A stretch of DNA of 57,026 bases, the filler included, from Stramenopiles sp. TOSAG23-3 (lineage: Eukaryota): NCBI GenBank assembly GCA_900128585.1. It is 6 parts of 6 records of this genome, joined end to end, with 100 filler letters (N's around TTAATTAATTAA, not from the genome) between each part and the next. Parts side by side here need not be neighbours in the genome. Positions count along the whole stretch, not along the records: positions 17,094 to 34,078 come from LT642468.1; positions 34,179 to 51,127 come from LT642469.1; 4 more parts are not named here. The stretch is one strand, 5' to 3'. A program made the position numbers and the translations under genes. Positions 32,813 through 43,623 of this stretch are shown here, piece after piece. Numbering within the stretch: the stretch's first letter is position 1; every line of letters begins with the position of its first letter. The notes below the pieces were generated by a model, which made no database searches, was not told where the DNA came from, and saw only the letters and a program-made list of their open reading frames with translations.

Positions 32813-34078
32813 TCAATCCGTCACTATATCCTCTTTCGTTCGTCGCAGAATTATCGTGTTGACTGAGGGCCACTTACTACCTTCCCGAACACCTTTAGCT
32901 GCAGCAATAGCCGCAATTGAAGCAATTGAAAGGGGCGTGCCCCCAGATAAAAACGATAACCAAGCACACAGTCTCCGTGGCGTTGTGGGGGTGTTGTCCG
33001 ACAAACACCATCTAAAGTGCCCACTCAGTTTGTTGACTTTTTCGAATTTTTTGTTCGCAGTCGTTCCGATTGAGCGAGCTTCATCCAAGACAACTCGGTC
33101 GTACGTTCCCAGATGAAGATATGTTACGCCTACACCGGGCTTTTCTCCGTGTTTTTCTGGTCCTGCGCGCTTAATCCAAGCGCTTTTTCTCACAGCGCGC
33201 TTTGGGTCAACTTCGTTACACGAGATTATTTTGTAAGTAGACACAACGACATCGTACTGGTCAAAATAGTTTCTTGGGTCCAGGAGGGCACATACATGAC
33301 GAATCCTCTGGGTCTTCTTTCCAGTATAAAAATGGGCTTTTAAGTTTGGAACACCCGCCAGCGTTTCATGCCAAAGCGTTAGCCTTGCGTCTGTTGTTAT
33401 GACCAAAGTTGGCTTTGTTGCGTGAGCAATTGTCACGCTCAGCATGGCAGCAAGCGTAGAGGCCTTTTTCAGCCCTGGCGCGTCACAAAAAATACCCCCC
33501 CGGAGCACGGACTGAAAACTGTTGGGAGGTTCCGCTTTGTAATACGAGCTTCCCAGCGTAGAGTCCGAGACGTGCCTTGCGATTTCCAGACGACCCTCTC
33601 GAAGGAGCATCCATATCAACGCTGTGTGTTGGTGCCTTTCTAAGCGCTTGATACGATCGTCTGGTCCTCTCTTGTTGCCGCCGTGCAATTGGTGGACATT
33701 TAAAGCGTTTGCACGCCGGGAGCGACTGTCTTTCAGGACAGACACGCGAACCTTCATGGGGGCCGTGCTCGGGTCACCGTGGGAGCAATCTTCGTCGTCG
33801 AGCCAAGAGCTTGCGCCAGCAACTTCGTCTTTTGCATAGCTGTCCCCTATTACCTTTCCCACGCCAAAGTGTATGCTTTTCATGGGCGACAGAGTCTTCC
33901 CTTCCTGCTTGTCCTTCTTGATACTAGACGCGGAAAACAAAATGGGGGAATCTTCATAAGATGGAGACATAAGACTTCTAGTGATAGTGTTTGCATAGTT
34001 TTGGTCATAACGACTGCCTCGGGCGGTTCCTAGCTCCGCCTTTATCGGCGTAATTTGTTCAATAACTACCGTTTCGTT
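32813..34078 (-). CDS. SNF2-family (RAD5/RAD16-like) N-terminal ATPase lobe only, degenerate; 5' end lost in the gap
   Basis: LERHQHTALIWML..E, RGGIFCDAPGLKKA (degenerate Walker A), PTLVI, YDVVVSTY, RVVLDEARSI, RWCLS..P, ILRRTKEDI then stop. The frame stays open upstream of ATG 33970 to the gap. Confidence 0.75.
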   Translation of the reverse strand, partial: NETVVIEQITPIKAELGTARGSRYDQNYANTITRSLMSPSYEDSPILFSASSIKKDKQEGKTLSPMKSIHFGVGKVIGDSYAKDEVAGASSWLDDEDCSHGDPSTAPMKVRVSVLKDSRSRRANALNVHQLHGGNKRGPDDRIKRLERHQHTALIWMLLREGRLEIARHVSDSTLGSSYYKAEPPNSFQSVLRGGIFCDAPGLKKASTLAAMLSVTIAHATKPTLVITTDARLTLWHETLAGVPNLKAHFYTGKKTQRIRHVCALLDPRNYFDQYDVVVSTYKIISCNEVDPKRAVRKSAWIKRAGPEKHGEKPGVGVTYLHLGTYDRVVLDEARSIGTTANKKFEKVNKLSGHFRWCLSDNTPTTPRRLCAWLSFLSGGTPLSIASIAAIAAAKGVREGSKWPSVNTIILRRTKEDIVTD

Positions 34079-34178
34079 NNNNNNNNNNNNNNNNNNNNNN
34101 NNNNNNNNNNNNNNNNNNNNNNTTAATTAATTAANNNNNNNNNNNNNNNNNNNNNNNNNNNNNNNNNNNNNNNNNNNN
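34079..34178. other. Assembly gap/linker
   Basis: 44 N + TTAATTAATTAA + 44 N. Confidence 0.98.
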
Positions 34179-34851
34179 CGTCGGAGAGATTCAGCCACAA
34201 ATTTTCGGTCATCCCGCTCTCCTCGCATTTCCAATCTTTTGGGTCCGGGGATATTTTTTTCCCATTGTCCTCTTGCACAAGGTTTTCTGCGTATTTTGAC
34301 ACTTTTGGCGGCGGTTCCTCCCACTGCGCTGCCTCTTCGATCCCCGCGTCCGTGTGCGAAAGAATCGCATCCACGGACTTTCGAATTGCATCAGGGAGGC
34401 CGTCGGACGGGAAGGGCAACGAGCCAGCAAACCGGGAGTGGCAGATCGAATGCTCTACTCGCTCGTCCCACTTCTGTTCGTCCGATTTGAACCCGCCATC
34501 GACCCCAATGCCAAGCTTTGTCGGGGCCTTCTGTCCAGCCGGCGTCTCGTCCACCGGTGTCGCCTTTCTCGGGATCCTTGTCTTCTTTACCCTCAAATAT
34601 ATCCCATCGGGCGCTTTCTTCCCTTCGCCGCTCTGCTTGACAAACCGTTCCCCATAGGCACGGAACTGCCCTTCGTAGTTGGACAAACAAACGTAAATTC
34701 CAGCTGGGGAAAAAGGAGTGTCGAAAGAGAGCGTGCACTCGTCTTTAAACACTCGGTCGGAGTAAGTTGGCGTGTTGACCGCAAAAAGTTCGGGGCAATT
34801 CTGTATGTTGGCAAGCAAGCTTGCCTGCTCTTCGCTGAGTGCTGCCGCCAT
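34179..34851 (-). CDS. USP5: Ubiquitin C-terminal hydrolase USP5/13 (UBP14), N-terminal part, truncated by the gap
   Basis: VFKDECTLSFDTPFSPAGIYVCL, PTKLGIGVDGGF, and start of zf-UBP WKCEESGMTENLWLNLSD. Confidence 0.9.
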
Positions 34852-35447
34852 TTGCAAAAGCAATATAAGTTCGGGTTCGGGTTTCTTAACAAGAAAGAAA
34901 GATAGAGCTGGAGAGTGAGAAGAAAGAGAGGTGGGGACACAGATTCATCCAAGGTTGCCGTTTTGTTCTGGTTGCTTGTTTAAACATCTATAAAACGCAA
35001 CAATACTTTTCTGATTTAATAAAAGTATTCATTTCAATTGTACTAGTCGTCTACTACTCCTCGTACTGGTATCTTTCATAATAATAAAAATTCAAATTCA
35101 ATCGATCTACTAGAATATAATAATAAAATAAGAATAAATAACATTATTATGGTCGTCGTTTTGTTGTTGTCCTCATCACGCACAACACAGATAAGTAGGT
35201 CCATTACGAGGATTATTAGAAATTGATAGATAGGTAAAATTATGCGTATAATTATAGTTATTATACTATTACTATATAGATTGATTGTGTGTCTATGATG
35301 ATGATGATTCTTAGTCGTCTCTCTACTATATATTATTATTTATTATTTTTTTTTATTTTTTTTTGTCTTAGTAGAAGTTAAATATTTGATGGAGGTGGAG
35401 AAATTTCAAACGTACAGATTCGTAGACCAATCCATTTGGCAATGGAT

Positions 35448-36527
35448 TTACACCGTGTTATTCTTTTCATCCCCAATGTCTTCTATCGCTGTGTATTCGA
35501 TATCCTCCTTGTCGTCCACCACTTGTTTTTCGGATTTTGCTTGTTTCTCTCCCATAGTATCTGCGAAGAAGGAGGCGACCATCAGACCATACCCTACACC
35601 ATCCATCCAATTAAGGGGTTCATGAAAGAAGACGGCAGAGCCAAGCCCAACCACGCACTTTCTGACAGAGTCTAGAACGCTGAAAAAAATGCTTCCCCTG
35701 CGTGATATAATGGTAAACTTGCTGAGTCGATCTAAGAACTTTGAAAGAGGCAAGAGGGTCAACAAAAGCAACGCAAGGGTATGCTTAGCGGGTGACGACC
35801 GAGCCTTTAATTCTCCGAATTTGGCCCCCCATTGCTCGTGCTCCCTAGTGAAAAACAAGACGAACGGGATGCCTATACTTGGAATCAACGAGTTGAAGAG
35901 GCTGAGTTCCATCACCCCCCACCGACTCTTTTTGTCTTTTCCAAGCAATTTTTGTGCCAGCACAGAGTTGAACGAAGAAAGCATCCTGCTCAGAAGAGCA
36001 AACGCAATCCCATGTACCGTTGCTGCCCCATTTTTGTTTTTACTTTTAAAACCTCCAGATTCGGGGTCAAACGCCACGCACAACATAGCGCCGAGGGCCA
36101 AGACAACCGACAACATTTGATAGCGGTTTAGTTTCAATTTAAGATAACCGACAGAAAAAATAGAAGTAAACACAAGTTCGGAGTTGGCAATAACTACATA
36201 CATAGACCCCGGCAAAGCGTTGATCGCATATATTTTGAAAACGGTGACAATTCCTGCGTTAAGCCCAATAATTGAATAGTTTCTCACCTGCTCTAGAGAG
36301 AGTTTTCTGGTTGGCTCTTTATTATCATTCTTTGCTGCGTGCAGTGACAATAAATAAACACCTAATTGAAGCGGCCAGTAACTGTTTATCAGTATTGATT
36401 CGAAAATAACTAAGTCTTCGACGTTGAATTCTCCCTTCAAATCTTCAATTATCCATACTTCTCCAGAGGCGCATAATACGTAAAGTAAAGCCACCAGGCA
36501 GAAAATACCCGGGAAATTTTTAGACAT
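35448..36527 (-). CDS. Drug/metabolite transporter superfamily protein (purine permease or nucleotide-sugar transporter-like)
   Basis: About 10 hydrophobic segments; YAINALPGSMYVVIANSELVFTSIFS...KLN, GIAFALLS, AVFFHEPLNW. Confidence 0.75.
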   Translation of the reverse strand: MSKNFPGIFCLVALLYVLCASGEVWIIEDLKGEFNVEDLVIFESILINSYWPLQLGVYLLSLHAAKNDNKEPTRKLSLEQVRNYSIIGLNAGIVTVFKIYAINALPGSMYVVIANSELVFTSIFSVGYLKLKLNRYQMLSVVLALGAMLCVAFDPESGGFKSKNKNGAATVHGIAFALLSRMLSSFNSVLAQKLLGKDKKSRWGVMELSLFNSLIPSIGIPFVLFFTREHEQWGAKFGELKARSSPAKHTLALLLLTLLPLSKFLDRLSKFTIISRRGSIFFSVLDSVRKCVVGLGSAVFFHEPLNWMDGVGYGLMVASFFADTMGEKQAKSEKQVVDDKEDIEYTAIEDIGDEKNNTV

Positions 36528-37199
36528 GTACAATAATTTAATGAAGATCGTTGGTTCTTTTACGATTGTGTTGGTGTTTTCCGTTTTTGTTCGTAAAATT
36601 TGTGTTCAGAAGTGGGCTTGGGTTACCTCTTGATTTCTTCTTTTGGTTCCATCGGATTATTTCCTTCCTCCCGTACCGGTTCCGTTGTTCCGTTGTTGTA
36701 GAGTAGTATATAGTGAAGAAGAACATTATTGTATTATAGAGACATCATCAATATAATAATAAAAAAGAAGAAGAAAACAGTTTTTGGCTTGTCATCGATG
36801 CTATGACAATGTATTTAAAGAACAAAACCTTGAAGTGAAAATCATTCAGCAATATCTATGCTATTATTATGTATTCATGCTACGACCATTATTTATTGAA
36901 AGAACTACTCGAAAACCTTGAAGTATTGAAGTAGTGACTATATGAATATAGCATCATCATATTTATTTATTATTTTTTAATTTATTTGCCATCCTCTGAT
37001 GATGATGCAAAAAAACAGAAGAATGAAGAAGAAAAGGTGGTGGTCGTCGTGGTCGTGGGGGAGTGTACGAATTCGTATTATAGTAGTCAGTGGGCATGTC
37101 ATGATATAAATATTACAAAAATAGAACAGAAGCACAAACAAAAGAGGAAAAGCATACATTAACATCGAAACAAAAACAGAAAAAAAACAAATAAATGCA

Positions 37200-39044
37200 A
37201 TGAAACTATCAATCTTATTTTTAGTGTCTTTGTTCGTTGCATGCAACGTGCAAGCTGGGGCCGGGAAATGTACCGGCATTCTCAACTGCTTTGGCTACGG
37301 TAATCCCAATGCCCCATGGGGGCCTCGGAGCGACGCCATGACCGACGAAGATGATGATAATATCGTGGGTCCAAACGACGATGAAATAGAGCAAATTGGA
37401 GGCATCGGAAGGTACCTTCGCTTCAAAGGCGTCAATGGGAAGGGTGTTGTCCGCTACATGGCGGACACGCCCCGTCAACACCGCTACTGGGAGGATATGG
37501 AGCGAGTGGGGCGCTTCAAAGGCCGTGGGCATCGCTACACGCGCCCGAGTTGGGGTGGTATGGAGCGAGTGGGGCGCTTCAAAGGCCGTGGGCATCGCTA
37601 CACGCGCCCGAGTTGGGGTGATATGGAGCAAGTCGGGCGCTTCAAAGGCCGTGGGCACCGCTATACAAAACCGAGTTGGGGCAATGACGAAGTGAGCCAC
37701 CCAAACAAGGATAATATTGTGGATCCACCCGATGATGATATGGAGCGTGCTGCAACGGATGTTAAAACTTATGGCATTGTAATAGACGCAGGCTCTTCAG
37801 GTTCCCGTTTGCACGTTTTTAGCTGGATTCCCAACAATGTCTACGCAACGCTGTCAGAAGATTCGGTTCTAAAAATCAATCCCGGGGTATCCTCTTACGC
37901 TGGATCGGACGGAGGGTATCAAAAAGCTGGGGAGTCTTTGAGGGGGCTCATCGAGCATGCAAAAGCAATTGTGCCTGCCCATTTGCATTCAAAAACAAGC
38001 ATATATTTACAGGCAACTGCGGGTATGAGGCTGTTAGACAAAAAGGACCAGAACGGTCTCCTCAAGGGCATCCGGCAAGAACTTTCAAAATCGCCCTTCT
38101 CGTTTGACCCAAAGGACGCAAGGGTTATCAAGGGCTCGGAGGAAGCGCTGTACGCATGGTTGTCTGTCAACCATGCAACAGGGGCACTGCTGACAGCGAG
38201 CAAGTCTGGGAGCAAAACAGCAGGGTTGGCGGGGGTGGTAGAGCTAGGCGGGGCATCGTCTCAGATTGCTTTGCAATCGCACGATTTTCATGCGCCACGG
38301 CCGGGTATGAGCTTGATCAGGCCGTTCGGCCCGAACAGGGACCCTTTTTCACTCTATGCGGTGTCCCGGCTGCATTACGGTTTGCACGAAGCCTATCGAA
38401 AGACCCTTTTGTACTTTCATGGAACGGCTTGGAAGGAAACGTTCCCATGCGGGTTTCATGGAGATGGTAGTGATTCGGAAGCCATGGAAGAATTTGAAGG
38501 CGATTACGAGAGGTGCAAAGTTTTGGTGAAAAATGCATTCCGGCTTTTCGAGCTGCAAGATATCAGTGACCTCAGAGAATCTCGCGGCGCCTTGAAACCA
38601 CTCCAAAAGAAGAACACGGCTATCTACTATGCGTTGGATAACTTTCCCAAGCTGATGACAATAATTGCTACGGACTCGTTGAATTTGCCGAACGATTTTG
38701 ACGAGCGCGAGAAAATATTTCACATTCACAGCCTGGAACAGATTGTCAAAAGTGGCGAGCAGTTGTGCAAAAAAAATTGGACAACGGTCCAAGAGTTGTT
38801 TAGCGAAAATGCGAAGGACAGAAAAGTCAAAATTAGTAAAAAAGTTCTCAGAAAGTCGTGCTTCGGTATTGCCTACATGGAGCACCTGTTGGACAAAATT
38901 TACCACGTGCGCCCGACAAAGGAGCGCCCGCTTCTGGCGGCCCACGAAATTAACGGCATGGACGCTGGCTGGACGATGGGTACTATGATTTTTGAAATTC
39001 TGACGGCTGCGGCGGGTGGTAGTACGAGTGGTCCGGACACGTGA
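37200..39044 (+). CDS. GDA1/CD39 family NTPDase (apyrase) with signal peptide and a repeat-containing N-terminal extension
   Basis: Apyrase conserved regions: IDAGSSGSR, ATAGMRLL, GSEEALYAW, ELGGASSQ, GWTMG. Confidence 0.9.
   Translation: MKLSILFLVSLFVACNVQAGAGKCTGILNCFGYGNPNAPWGPRSDAMTDEDDDNIVGPNDDEIEQIGGIGRYLRFKGVNGKGVVRYMADTPRQHRYWEDMERVGRFKGRGHRYTRPSWGGMERVGRFKGRGHRYTRPSWGDMEQVGRFKGRGHRYTKPSWGNDEVSHPNKDNIVDPPDDDMERAATDVKTYGIVIDAGSSGSRLHVFSWIPNNVYATLSEDSVLKINPGVSSYAGSDGGYQKAGESLRGLIEHAKAIVPAHLHSKTSIYLQATAGMRLLDKKDQNGLLKGIRQELSKSPFSFDPKDARVIKGSEEALYAWLSVNHATGALLTASKSGSKTAGLAGVVELGGASSQIALQSHDFHAPRPGMSLIRPFGPNRDPFSLYAVSRLHYGLHEAYRKTLLYFHGTAWKETFPCGFHGDGSDSEAMEEFEGDYERCKVLVKNAFRLFELQDISDLRESRGALKPLQKKNTAIYYALDNFPKLMTIIATDSLNLPNDFDEREKIFHIHSLEQIVKSGEQLCKKNWTTVQELFSENAKDRKVKISKKVLRKSCFGIAYMEHLLDKIYHVRPTKERPLLAAHEINGMDAGWTMGTMIFEILTAAAGGSTSGPDT
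37497..37685 (+). repeat. Intragenic 63-nt tandem repeat (x3) encoding ME[RQ]VGRFKGRGHRYT[RK]PSWGx
   Basis: Units start at 37497, 37560 and 37623; the first two are nearly identical. Confidence 0.95.
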
Positions 39045-39230
39045 GTGATAATGATATGAAAAGTCATAAATTTTTAAAAACGAAATAATGGCTCCTAGTC
39101 TTTGGTAATTACGTTATTGTAATTTGCACGATAGATTACATTTTTTCACAACCACCATCTGTTATTAATACTGTTTCCATATTATAGCCTTAAGTGTGCA
39201 GTATCAACAGAGCATACATAATGTTGTAAT

Positions 39231-39266
39231 GGCTGAGGGCTGAGGGCTGAGGGCTGAGGGCTGAGG
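39231..39266 (+). repeat. (GGCTGAG)5 heptamer tandem repeat
   Basis: Seen directly; gives four GGG tracts. Confidence 0.9.
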
Positions 39267-39686
39267 ATTGCTTTTTTGAAATAGACGGCCGGACTATTAT
39301 TACTATAATTTTTTAATAAAATATTATCTTTTTTTTTTAGAAGAATAATAAAATTAATTCTAATAAGCTTATAATAGGCGAAAGAAGAAAATAATAAATA
39401 GACTAATAGTAGTAATACAGCATCTTCTCTTCATCAATCAGGAGGAGTGGCAAGGAGGCAGCAAATTTTGATATTATCGTTAGTTGTGTTAGTCAAACAT
39501 AATAATTTGGGAAGCTTTCTTAACAGTACGTATGTGTTGGGGAATATATAAGCGTTTAAAATGTACGAGAAGAGCTTTAAACCATAAATGATTTCTGGTT
39601 TGGTTATCAAATTAATTGTTTATGAAACTTGTTTCTCGTCAAATTCATTTTGCAATACATTCTCACGTGCTTATATAACGAAGATT

Positions 39687-39941
39687 ATGAGAAAGGTTTT
39701 TAATTTGGTTGCGCTTTGCGCAGCGATGTGCGTGTTATTCCTTTTGGGGCGTACCAAAAGTGCAGACCCTACTGGTGAATCTTGCGAGGATTGTAGGTTC
39801 TTTCCCAATGTCTGTTATTCAATTGACCGATGTATTACCGACTGTAACATTGCGCCGTCTATGAAGCAGAACTGTGATGAGTTCATTGCGGCAGCAAATG
39901 AAGCCGGAGAACGAAACGAATTATTGGACGCTGGTCTGTAA
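39687..39941 (+). CDS. Small secreted cysteine-rich protein (84 aa)
   Basis: Signal peptide MRKVFNLVALCAAMCVLFLLGRTKSA; six Cys in the mature part; GC above the flanks. Confidence 0.6.
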   Translation: MRKVFNLVALCAAMCVLFLLGRTKSADPTGESCEDCRFFPNVCYSIDRCITDCNIAPSMKQNCDEFIAAANEAGERNELLDAGL

Positions 39942-40200
39942 GTAAGAAAGGAAATTTCCCTCTCTAGCTTTTTTATGAAGGGGGGGGGTCCCCCGCCCTG
40001 ATGCTCGTAAAAAATGTTTTTAAGACTTTTAAGTAATGAGATGTTGCGAAAACGAAAGGTCAAAGTTTACGTGTTCACCGAGATGGTGGAAACAACGTAA
40101 ATTAATCCCATTAAAATGAAATCGTAAAAACACCGTAATCATTACGCTTTTAAAACTGTATTTACTGTGTGTTTTGAAAATTTATTAATTTTTTTAAAAA

Positions 40201-40494
40201 CAAGAAAATTGGCTGTTATTTAAGTAATTAAAATTAATGTACTGCGAACTGAAAACTGAAATCTAGAATGGACTCCATGAACGATCCGAACCGTAATCAA
40301 CTTCCTCATCTGTTCTAAGTATGATAATTACAAACAAGAAAATTGGCTGTTATTTAAGTATGTACTGCGAACTGAAATCTATCTTTGCTCTTTGGTCTTA
40401 CTAATCGATATACCCTTGTCACTTAGTATTGACTATCATTCTCAGATGTACTCCTTTTATGATCTGAATCGGTAGATGGATTAACACAGCTTCC
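40201..40494 (+). repeat. Dispersed repeat family, tandem copies D (40201-40310) and E (40335-40494)
   Basis: Both begin CAAGAAAATTGGCTGTTATTTAAGTA and carry different internal deletions relative to copy B; three more core motifs at about 40530, 40593 and 40627. Confidence 0.9.
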
Positions 40495-40710
40495 TTCAAG
40501 ATGCATTATTTTTTTTTAATAAAACAAGAAAATTGGCTGTTTTTTAATATAACTAATTTTCAGTGTTTATCTCTAATTTAAAAAAAGAAGTTGTTGGCTG
40601 TTATTTCCATAAATTTTAAATCAAAAAATTGGCTGTTATATTTTATATTAATTTTATAAATCATACAATATCACTCCCTAGCCTAATTTGTTTTTCACTC
40701 CCTAGCCTTA

Positions 40711-42528
40711 TTACATGACACTGTACGCTGGGCCGCCTCCACCCTCCGGGACAGTCCAGTTAATGTACTCTTCGGGCATTTTGATAGAACAGCACTTGCA
40801 ATGAATGCAATTTTGCGAATTAATGACTAGCTCTGGCTCATCCCCTTCCGTGTTGTACTCATACACACGAGCTGGGCAAAACCTTGTCTCTGGCGCGGCA
40901 AACTCTTGCATGGAGATTTTCTCCGGGACGTGCTTCAAATCCTCCTTGATTCTCAAATGCGACGGCTGGTCAGCATGGTTCGTGCCAGACCTCGCAAGGT
41001 TACTGAGCAGGTCAAAGGACAGGACGCCGTCCGGTTTTGGGTAGTCAATCGGCTGGAAGGCGTCTTTCTTTCCCGTGGTTTCGCAGTCGACGTGGGAATG
41101 ATGGAACGTCCACGGCTCCATCCCTTTCAAAATGTGCCCGGTCAAACCACTGTACATGAAACCAGCGTATAAACCTTTTTCAAACATAGGCTTGCAGTTG
41201 CGAACTTCCTTCAGCTCGCTCCACACCCAGCTGTTCTCAAGGTTGGTTTGGTACGCGTCAACTTCCAACCCGCTCAGAGAACCGTCTTCGACGTCCGTGG
41301 GCGATCCATCGGCTGCCAAGCGCTCGAACACGGACTCGGCGGCGACCATGCCGCTCTTGATGGCCGTGTGGGTCCCCTTTACTTTTATTACGTTGACAAA
41401 CCCCGCCGAGCACCCGATCAAGGCCCCCCCGGGAAACGTCAATTTCGGGATGGACTGGAAGCCGCCCTCGTTGATCACGCGACCACCATAAGAAATGCAT
41501 TTTCCGCCCTCGAGGTGTGGTGCGATCGAGGGGTGGTGCTTGAAGCGCTGGAACTCTTCGTAAGGGCTCAAGTATGGGTTCTGGTAGTCCAGGCCTACGA
41601 CAAAGCCAACCAGGACGAGGTTCGGCTCCATGTGGTAGAGGAACGAGCCACCGTAGGTTGCCGTGTCCAACGGCCAGCCAAAAGTATGCTGGATAGTGCC
41701 GGCCTTGAATTTGTCGTTCTTTTCCGTATCTATCTCCCACACTTCCTTCACCCCGAGGCCGTACACTTGGGGGTCTTTGCCTTCCCGCAAGTTGAATTTT
41801 GAAATGATTTCCTCGCTGCAGGATCCACGGGCCCCTTCCGCAAACAAGGTCTGCTTTCCGTGAAGCTCCATGCCGCGCTCGAACGAATCCTTCGGGGTCC
41901 CGTCCTTGTTGATACCGACGTCCCGCGTCGCGATCCCTTTGACGTGGCCAGTCTCCTCGTCGTAGACGACTTCGCTGGCAGAGAACCCTGGGTAAATCTC
42001 TACCCCTAGGCCTTCCGCCTGCTCCCCCATCCAACGGACAACTTGGGAAAGACTCGTAATGTAGTTCCCGTCGTTGTGCAACGTGGACGGGAGGAGGAAG
42101 TTTGGCACTGCCACCGACCCTGTTTCGGTCAGGAACAGGAAAGTATCCTCTTTCGCCGGGGTGTCGAGCGGCGCACCCAGCTCCTTCCAGTCTGGCATGA
42201 GCTCGTCCAAACCTTTTGGTTCGAATACGTTCCCTGACAAGATGTGTGCGCCCACTTCTGCGGCCTTCTCAATGACGCACACGGATATGGCGTTTCCGGT
42301 CTCCGCCTCTAGTTGCTTCAACCGAATCGCAGCGGACAGACCTGCTGGCCCGCCGCCCACGATGACTACGTCGTACTCCATGGCGTATCGCTCTGCTTGC
42401 ATCGGGTCCTCCTCCGCGGAGGAGAACGAGCGCGTGCCAACAGGCCGCAGGACGCTGGGCGCCCTTCGAGAACGAAGGCGGTGGCCAGCACCTTTGGAGA
42501 GGCTCCCACTTAGTGTACGCAAAAACAT
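40711..42528 (-). CDS. ETFDH: Electron transfer flavoprotein-ubiquinone oxidoreductase, mitochondrial
   Basis: [49 protein letters not shown] (4Fe-4S), [12 protein letters not shown]. Start at ATG 42528. Confidence 0.97.
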   Translation of the reverse strand: MFLRTLSGSLSKGAGHRLRSRRAPSVLRPVGTRSFSSAEEDPMQAERYAMEYDVVIVGGGPAGLSAAIRLKQLEAETGNAISVCVIEKAAEVGAHILSGNVFEPKGLDELMPDWKELGAPLDTPAKEDTFLFLTETGSVAVPNFLLPSTLHNDGNYITSLSQVVRWMGEQAEGLGVEIYPGFSASEVVYDEETGHVKGIATRDVGINKDGTPKDSFERGMELHGKQTLFAEGARGSCSEEIISKFNLREGKDPQVYGLGVKEVWEIDTEKNDKFKAGTIQHTFGWPLDTATYGGSFLYHMEPNLVLVGFVVGLDYQNPYLSPYEEFQRFKHHPSIAPHLEGGKCISYGGRVINEGGFQSIPKLTFPGGALIGCSAGFVNVIKVKGTHTAIKSGMVAAESVFERLAADGSPTDVEDGSLSGLEVDAYQTNLENSWVWSELKEVRNCKPMFEKGLYAGFMYSGLTGHILKGMEPWTFHHSHVDCETTGKKDAFQPIDYPKPDGVLSFDLLSNLARSGTNHADQPSHLRIKEDLKHVPEKISMQEFAAPETRFCPARVYEYNTEGDEPELVINSQNCIHCKCCSIKMPEEYINWTVPEGGGGPAYSVM

Positions 42529-43140
42529 GCTGCTGTATGTAGTTGTTGTTATAAACGTTTGCACAGTTTTTCCTTTCTTAGAAAAGCTGCAGTAGACTAT
42601 CTAACAATATAATAGAAGAATCGAAATCGTCCGTTCAAATACTTTCCTCCGTCTCCTTCTTCTTTTTTTTTTATCGTTTCTTCGTTCCGTGTGATTAGTC
42701 ATTTAATTATACACCGAAACCAATCTTCTTCTTTCTTGTTGTTGGAGCCCAGCGGGAGAAGAAGAAGAATTGAGATAAAAAATGATAATTTTAAATTAAG
42801 ATAGGAATACAATGGGAAAATTAAAAATAAGTGAGAAGATGACTCGACGGCTCCTGACGGGTGGACTCAGGATATAAATAAAAGTCAAGTTTAAATTTCT
42901 TTAAGTCCCTATTCATTTTGATTTAATATACAATTCAAGTACAAATTAATAACACTATATATACGGTTCAACAAGTTCTCATTGTGGCGCGGCTGATTTC
43001 GTTAACCACATGTTAATAATTTGTTGTATCATTGAAGATAATACATGTGCGTGTGAGTGTATATATTTGCTTAAATTCTTTAAGTCTGGCGGGCGAAGGC
43101 ACAGCTGCTGCGAAGGACCGACCAATGCTTTCCTAGACGT

Positions 43141-43623
43141 TTAAAAGGTTTGTTTTTTCAATCGTGAAGAGTTGTTGAGGCGCCGTGGCGTGGAGCCCCT
43201 GTACGACCTGCTCCCCATTGGAGAGCGTCCTGGGGGCATATTTTTGTATTTTGGTGGGCTCTTTGTTCCAGGGGAAAAATCGTCGATTCCTATGTATTGT
43301 TTCAGGGCTCTGATTTCCATTTCTGCTTTGTCGACACGCGCTTGTAAAGACGCGCGAGCTAACTCTACTTTCTCTATTTGTGTTCGTAAAAGTTTTCTTT
43401 CCTTGTCCGCCGCTTCGTCGTGCTGCGTAACAATGACGCGAAGGTCCTTAACCTGCCGTTCTGCTGCCATGCGCGCTCGCATTTCCATTTCCAAGGCCTC
43501 CTTCAACCGGACACGCCCCGTGCTGGAATTACCAGCTTCCTCTGAGATGGCATCCAGGGCAATCTGATGCTTTTCTTTTATCTCATCGTGGACTTGCAAC
43601 ACTTGCTGTTGCAAAGACAACAT
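43141..43623 (-). CDS. Hypothetical coiled-coil protein (160 aa)
   Basis: Heptad pattern, Ser/Pro/Arg-rich tail, coding-like GC; true start uncertain. Confidence 0.65.
   Translation of the reverse strand: MLSLQQQVLQVHDEIKEKHQIALDAISEEAGNSSTGRVRLKEALEMEMRARMAAERQVKDLRVIVTQHDEAADKERKLLRTQIEKVELARASLQARVDKAEMEIRALKQYIGIDDFSPGTKSPPKYKNMPPGRSPMGSRSYRGSTPRRLNNSSRLKKQTF

Noticed and set aside
37497-37685. Possible CRISPR-like array
   Set aside because: Contiguous in-frame 63-nt units without unique spacers, inside a eukaryotic CDS; no cas genes.
21582-42528. MCCC2 and ETFDH as a leucine-catabolism cluster
   Set aside because: About 17 kb apart, separated by unrelated genes and an assembly linker.
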